Below the pieces are notes generated by a model. That model was not told the origin of the DNA. It worked only from the letters and a program-made list of their open reading frames with translations, and ran no database searches. Position numbers and translations under genes: made by a program. Below, one piece after another: positions 59,029-64,000 of a stretch of 64,000 nt of DNA (positions within the stretch are counted from its first letter, which is position 1; the number at the start of each line of letters is the position of its first letter). Origin of the DNA: the human T2T-CHM13v2.0 reference genome, Homo sapiens; assembly GCF_009914755.1 (NCBI RefSeq), contig NC_060936.1; one strand, given 5' to 3'.

Positions 59029-59715
59029 TTAGAAACAGGAAAACAACAAAGCCTCCCAAATGACCTTTCCCCATTTTAATAAAAGCTTGAAAGAAGGTCT
59101 GGCTGTACATAGGAGAGGATGCTCTAAGGCCAGCCTAGGAAAGGAAAGGAAGGAAACTAGCACTAGAATAGCCAGGAAAAACAGAAAAAAGGAAGAAATG
59201 GAAACTGGGCCCAAGAAGCAGGAAAAAGCTTCTTTAATTATCCAGCTCACTGTTCTGAAAACAAATTTGAAGCAGTTTATCAGATTCTATGTAAATATCG
59301 CACATAATTAGAAGAAGGGGAGACATTAGACAAAAAGTCCCCTAAAAGAATTAAGGCCCCAAACTGCTGAGCAAGAAATCCCAGGTACTCGCCAACGGGG
59401 AGCCACAGTGACCGCGCGGCCTTCGTGCAGCTCGTGCGTGGATACAGGATGATCAGTCACGAGTGCCAGTGTTTACGGTTTGTGTTTTTTTTTTTTTGTT
59501 TTTTTTTTTTAAAGCAAACTAATCACTCTGGAACACCACTTTTTTTGTCTGTTTTTGAGAGGAGGTCTTGCTATGTTGCCCAGGCTGGTATGGAACTCCT
59601 GGGCTCACACAATTCTCTGGCCTCAGCCTCCCAAGTGGCTGGGACCATAGGTGTGCGCCTCCACATACAGACTGGAGAACACTACTCTTGACTTAAGACC
59701 AGAATTGTCCATAAG

Positions 59716-60121
59716 CCTGATTGAATTGTATTCCTCCAAATTCCTGTGTTGAAATCCTAACCCCCAGCATCTCAGAATGTGGCCTTATCTGGAAATAGGA
59801 CTGTCACAAATGTAATTAGTTAAGATGAGACTACTAGGACGGGACCCAGCCTAAAGGGCTAATATCCTTATTGGAAAGGGGACACGTGGATGCAGACATG
59901 CACAGAAGGCAGGCGATGTCATGATACCCAAGGAGAACACGCCACCTATAAGCCAAGGAAAGGGGCCTGAAGAGATCTTTCCCTCGCGACCCTCAGAAGG
60001 GACCAAGCATGCTGACACCTTGATCTCGGACTCCAGCCTCCAGCGCTGTGGGATGTCAGTTTCTGTTGTTTAAGCCCCAGTTTGTGAAGCTTTCCTCTAG
60101 CAGCCCCAGGGAACCAATACA
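59716..60121. mobile_element. MLT1-type MaLR LTR in DDX intron 2
   Basis: tgttgaaatcctaacccccag...acaccttgatctcggactccagcctccag...aaccaataca. Confidence 0.75.
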
Positions 60122-61785
60122 GTTCTTCCAGAGAGGACCCTTCAGGGAGCGCCACAAGGAGGCGGCCCTGGTGTCCACAGGGGAACTCAGCTCAGGGGAG
60201 TCTCTGGAGGACCCCATGCCTTCTGCTCCAGGCAGTCAGCTCTCTGAGCCTGCTGAACCCAGAGGGGATCTCAGAGTATCCAGGGCGGGGTGAAACACCT
60301 CGTATGACTAGGGTTGGGGCAGCAGCGCGGCGCAGGAGTCAGAGCCTCAAACTCCACAGCCAGGCGCCAGGGTTCCAGCTGCCTCCCCTACCTGCAGCTC
60401 TGTGGCTCAGGCTGGCCTCACTACGCTTGTTTCCACGAGTGCAGAAATGGAAATGACAACAGCAGCACCTTCCTCATAGAGCTGGTGCAAGCAGGACATT
60501 AACACACACAAAAGGCCAAATCCTCTGGATTAGAGGATTACCTGGCAAATAACAAGTGAGCGGTTGGAGTTAGCTAACTTTTTGCTATCATTAAGTAATA
60601 ATAATAAAATTATTAATAGCATTATTCTGGAATATGGGATCTATTAGTTTTCACCAAAATCTTGAAAGGCCCTGGGATAGGATAGAATGACATTGCTGAC
60701 AAATGGATGGATCCCATATTTTTAGGAAAGCCCCATATGTACCATTTCCCTCAGCTTTTGATAGAAAGTAAATGGCAAAGAGTTCCAGGCAGCATTTCCC
60801 AGCAGCACCTGGAGGGCGGCTCTTCTGTGCTGCCTGTGATATCGGAAGCAGACAGCTTCAGCTGTCACTGGGCTGGGAGACACAATGGTTAGAAAGCCAG
60901 TGCCCTCCATTTGAAAGTGAGCTGAGGAAGTTCCTAAGGGTATGGTCAAAGTTATCTTTCAAAAACAACCGTGGTATACTCCGGCACAACAGCAAAAGAA
61001 TAACTGAGGCCCACTGTTTTCTACATCCTGTAATAAGACCACAAAACTTTTAGACTGGAAAATGTTAAAAGGATTTATAACCAAAGGCTCACCTTCCTGG
61101 GGTATCATCAACAGTTACATGATTTATGCCAAGATAAGCAAATTCATTCACTCTGAACACCTGCTGGTTGCAGCAAGCATGGGGCTCAGAGCTGAGAACA
61201 CAAAGGTGCAGAGCCCCTAGAAAATGCTCACAGGTTCACATGTAACATACAATTCGAGGGCATCATAGATCCCCGCAAAGCATGCTGCATTCCAGGTTGG
61301 AGGACTCCCGGAACTGCAGTGTTACACAAGGCACAGCACACACCAAGTGGTAATGGTGACTCAACTTGATAGACCTGTATAAGGCTTAAAAGGTGACTAT
61401 CAAGGATAAACAGCATCTCGGGCAGCTAAGGTGGGGCACCTGTGCATCCAAGGCGGGGAAGGGCATGGTAGGCACAACAGGTAACACAGACCCCACTCAG
61501 GGTGTCCCACAGCATGGCTGCTCCTATGGGCTGGGGGACACCCAGGACAGGAGAAAACACTCTATTCAGGAGATGATTTAGAAGACAGAAGAATGTCAAA
61601 GGTAATAAAGCCACAGGGTACATTCACAGAGAGTGCACACAAGAAGATGAAGCTATAGAACCAGAAACATCGACAATTAAAGGCTGAGCATAGGAGGAAG
61701 ATGCAGAAGCCTGGAGTGCAGAAGACTGAGATGGAAAGACCTGAGAGGCAGAAGATGGGTTGTCAGGCTAAACAAGGTAAAAGGG

Positions 61786-62075
61786 GTCAGGTACAGTGGC
61801 TCACGCCTGTCATCTCAGCACTATGGGAGGCCAAGGAGGGAGGATTGCTTGAGCCTAGGGGTCTAAGACCACCAGCCTGAGCAGCATAGTGAGATCTCAT
61901 TTCTACAAATTAAAAAATTAGCTAGGTGTGATGGCGCACACCTGTAGTCCCAGCTGCTCAGGAGGCTGACGTGGGAAGATCACTTGATGCCAGAAGGTCG
62001 AGGCTGCAGTGAACCATGATCTTAACACTGCACTCGGCCCTGGGCAACAGAGCGACACCCTGTCTCTAAAATTAA
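61786..62075 (+). mobile_element. Alu (J-like)
   Basis: Diverged dimer. Confidence 0.85.
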
Positions 62076-62961
62076 ACAAGGCAGAATGAACATGCACTCA
62101 TCTGTGTTCCAAAGCACACTAAAATTAACCAAAGTAATATGGAGGCTTACACCCACAAAAACAAAGAAAGTGGAAGGAGTAATATGTTTTAGGAGAGAGG
62201 GAAAGAAGGCAGAGACATGGAAGTGATTCCGCAGAGACACTCAAGCCCAAGTGTCCCCAGAGATCTCCCCCACTCATTCTCAGAAAGACTCAGGAAGTGG
62301 TAGGAACACAGCAGGCCACTGAAAACAAAGGGACGGGTTGAAATTCTGTTTAAGAACAATTAGATTCCCAGGTTGCAATCCCTGCTCCTGCTCCTTGCAG
62401 AAGACAGGAAGTGGGCTCTAAGTGGAAGCTGAGCTAGGAGAGCCCTGGAGGCAACTGGCAGATTGAGGAGGCAAGAGGGAGGGAGAGGAGGGTCAGGCTG
62501 AAAGCAGGCACTGAGGGGGACTCTCCACCTGGATCCCCTTCCCCAGACCACCTCCCGGAAGACCGGCTATTGGGCTTCAGCGTCTGTACCTGCTGGGCCA
62601 GAGCTCAGAGGCACCTGCTCTGGAGAGACCGAAGACTATAGGGAAAATCCCACAGATGTGCTGGCAACTGGAGGCCCCCAACAAAGGAGCCCAGCCTGGC
62701 AGCCACAGCCAGCCTGCCCTGCAGACTCAGCCTTTCTGTGCCCTCTTCTTCAGCATACACAGGCAGTCCAGGGCTGCCAGACGTTTGAGGAAAGCCTCCA
62801 AACGGACATATACCCTGACGTGGTGTGGGTGCGGCCGTCTGTCCCCACTAACACTCATGCTGAAATCTGTCAAGTCAGTCTGAGGAGCAACTAATTCAAA
62901 TGACACGGAAAGGATGGAGGATTCCAGGAGGGCTCCAAGGTAAAAATGGAATTGGTCACTG

Positions 62962-63510
62962 CTGTGGACTGAATTGTATCCCCACCAAAATGCATGTTAA
63001 AAAAATGTTTTTAAAGAACAAAAACAAAACAAAAGAAGCTGTGTATGGTGGTGTGCACCAGTAATCTTGGATCTTGCCAGCCACCAGGTACTTGGGAGGC
63101 TGAGAGGGGAGGATCGCTTGAGTTTGAGACCAGCCTGGGCCACATAGTGAGACTGCCCATCTTAACAAACAAACATATGTTGAAATCCTAACCCTGCCAT
63201 GTGACTGTACTACAGATCTGGCCTTCAAGGGTAAAGGAGGTCATAACGGAGCAGCCATAAGGGAGCAGCCCTTGTCCTCATAAAAGAGAAAGAGACACCA
63301 AAGATTTGTTTTTCTCCTCCTCCTCTTTTCTTGCTCCACAATAAGAACGCAGCCATCTGCAAGCCAGGAAGAGACCCCCTCCCCAGAACCAGAACCCTGC
63401 CAGAATCTGGATCTTCAACTTTCCAGCCTCCAGAATGGTGAGAAAATAAATTCCTGTTAAGTCACCCAGTCTATGGTATTTTACTATGGCAGTCCTGGCC
63501 GACTAAGACA
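62962..63510. mobile_element. MaLR (MLT1A/MST-type) LTR interrupted by an Alu monomer (~63035-63170)
   Basis: ggactgaattgtatcccc...tccagcctccagaatggtgagaaaataaattcc...gactaagaca. Confidence 0.7.
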
Positions 63511-63847
63511 GGAGTTATCTGTACGGAAAATCATATTGAGAGGCCACTGGATGATGTGGGAGGAACTGGCATAGGTATATTAAAAACTAAACTAACTTTA
63601 AAAGGGCAATTATTAACTAGAGAAAACAGAATATTAAGACATATTGTTCAAGACAAAATTATGTTCAAAACATAATCATAACGCACTGGTTCACTCAGCA
63701 GAGACTAAAACTTAGAATTATATTTGAAGGATGGGGAACCGGAGGGAAAAGAGTTGGTAAGAAAGCCATCTCATCTACCGTAATAGGTAGGCACCAATGA
63801 CTTCAGCCTAATTTTTCTCAGACCACAGAGCTATGTTTAAGACTTTA

Positions 63848-64000
63848 GGCCGGCACGGTGGCTCATGCCTGTAATCCTAGCACTTTGGGAGGCCGAAATG
63901 GGCGGATCACGAGGTCAGGAGACTGAGATCATCCTGGCTAACACGGTGAAACCCTGTCTCTATTAAAACTACAAAAAATTAGCCGGGCGTGGCGGCGGGC
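63848..64000 (+). mobile_element. Alu (Y-like), cut by window edge
   Basis: ggccggcacggtggctc...gatcacgaggtcaggaga...atcctggctaacacggtgaaaccc. Confidence 0.9.

Overview
Human (or close primate) genomic DNA that best fits the 12p13.31 segmental duplication around DDX12P; this placement is from recalled sequence, not a search. Most ORFs in the supplied track are spurious (Alu/L1/satellite frames or partial exons). Layout from left to right: (1) ~1-17 kb is repeat-dense intergenic DNA with Alus, old L1s, three solo ERV LTRs and DNA-transposon fossils. (2) 18.2-23.2 kb (-) holds the last six exons of an ovostatin/alpha-2-macroglobulin-family gene, still open and spliceable but cut off mid-exon. 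(3) 23.2-29.5 kb is a mosaic: a GC-rich ~78-bp satellite with nested G-rich sub-arrays joins three copies of a gammaretroviral pol fragment, an AT-rich SATR-type block and the 3' end of an LTR. (4) 36.4-38.5 kb (+) is a decayed WASH (WASHC1) pseudogene. (5) 38.5-59.0 kb (-) contains exons 3-27 of a DDX11/ChlR1 helicase paralog; its 5' end lies beyond the window. I walked all 25 exons: every one has GT-AG sites and DDX11-identical length, and I found no stop or frameshift. The copy nevertheless encodes Gln at the position of DDX11 R263, the Warsaw breakage syndrome change. I see no wholly new biological system. The strongest leads are this intact but probably helicase-impaired paralog and the GC-shifted satellite that sits at every junction of the mosaic.
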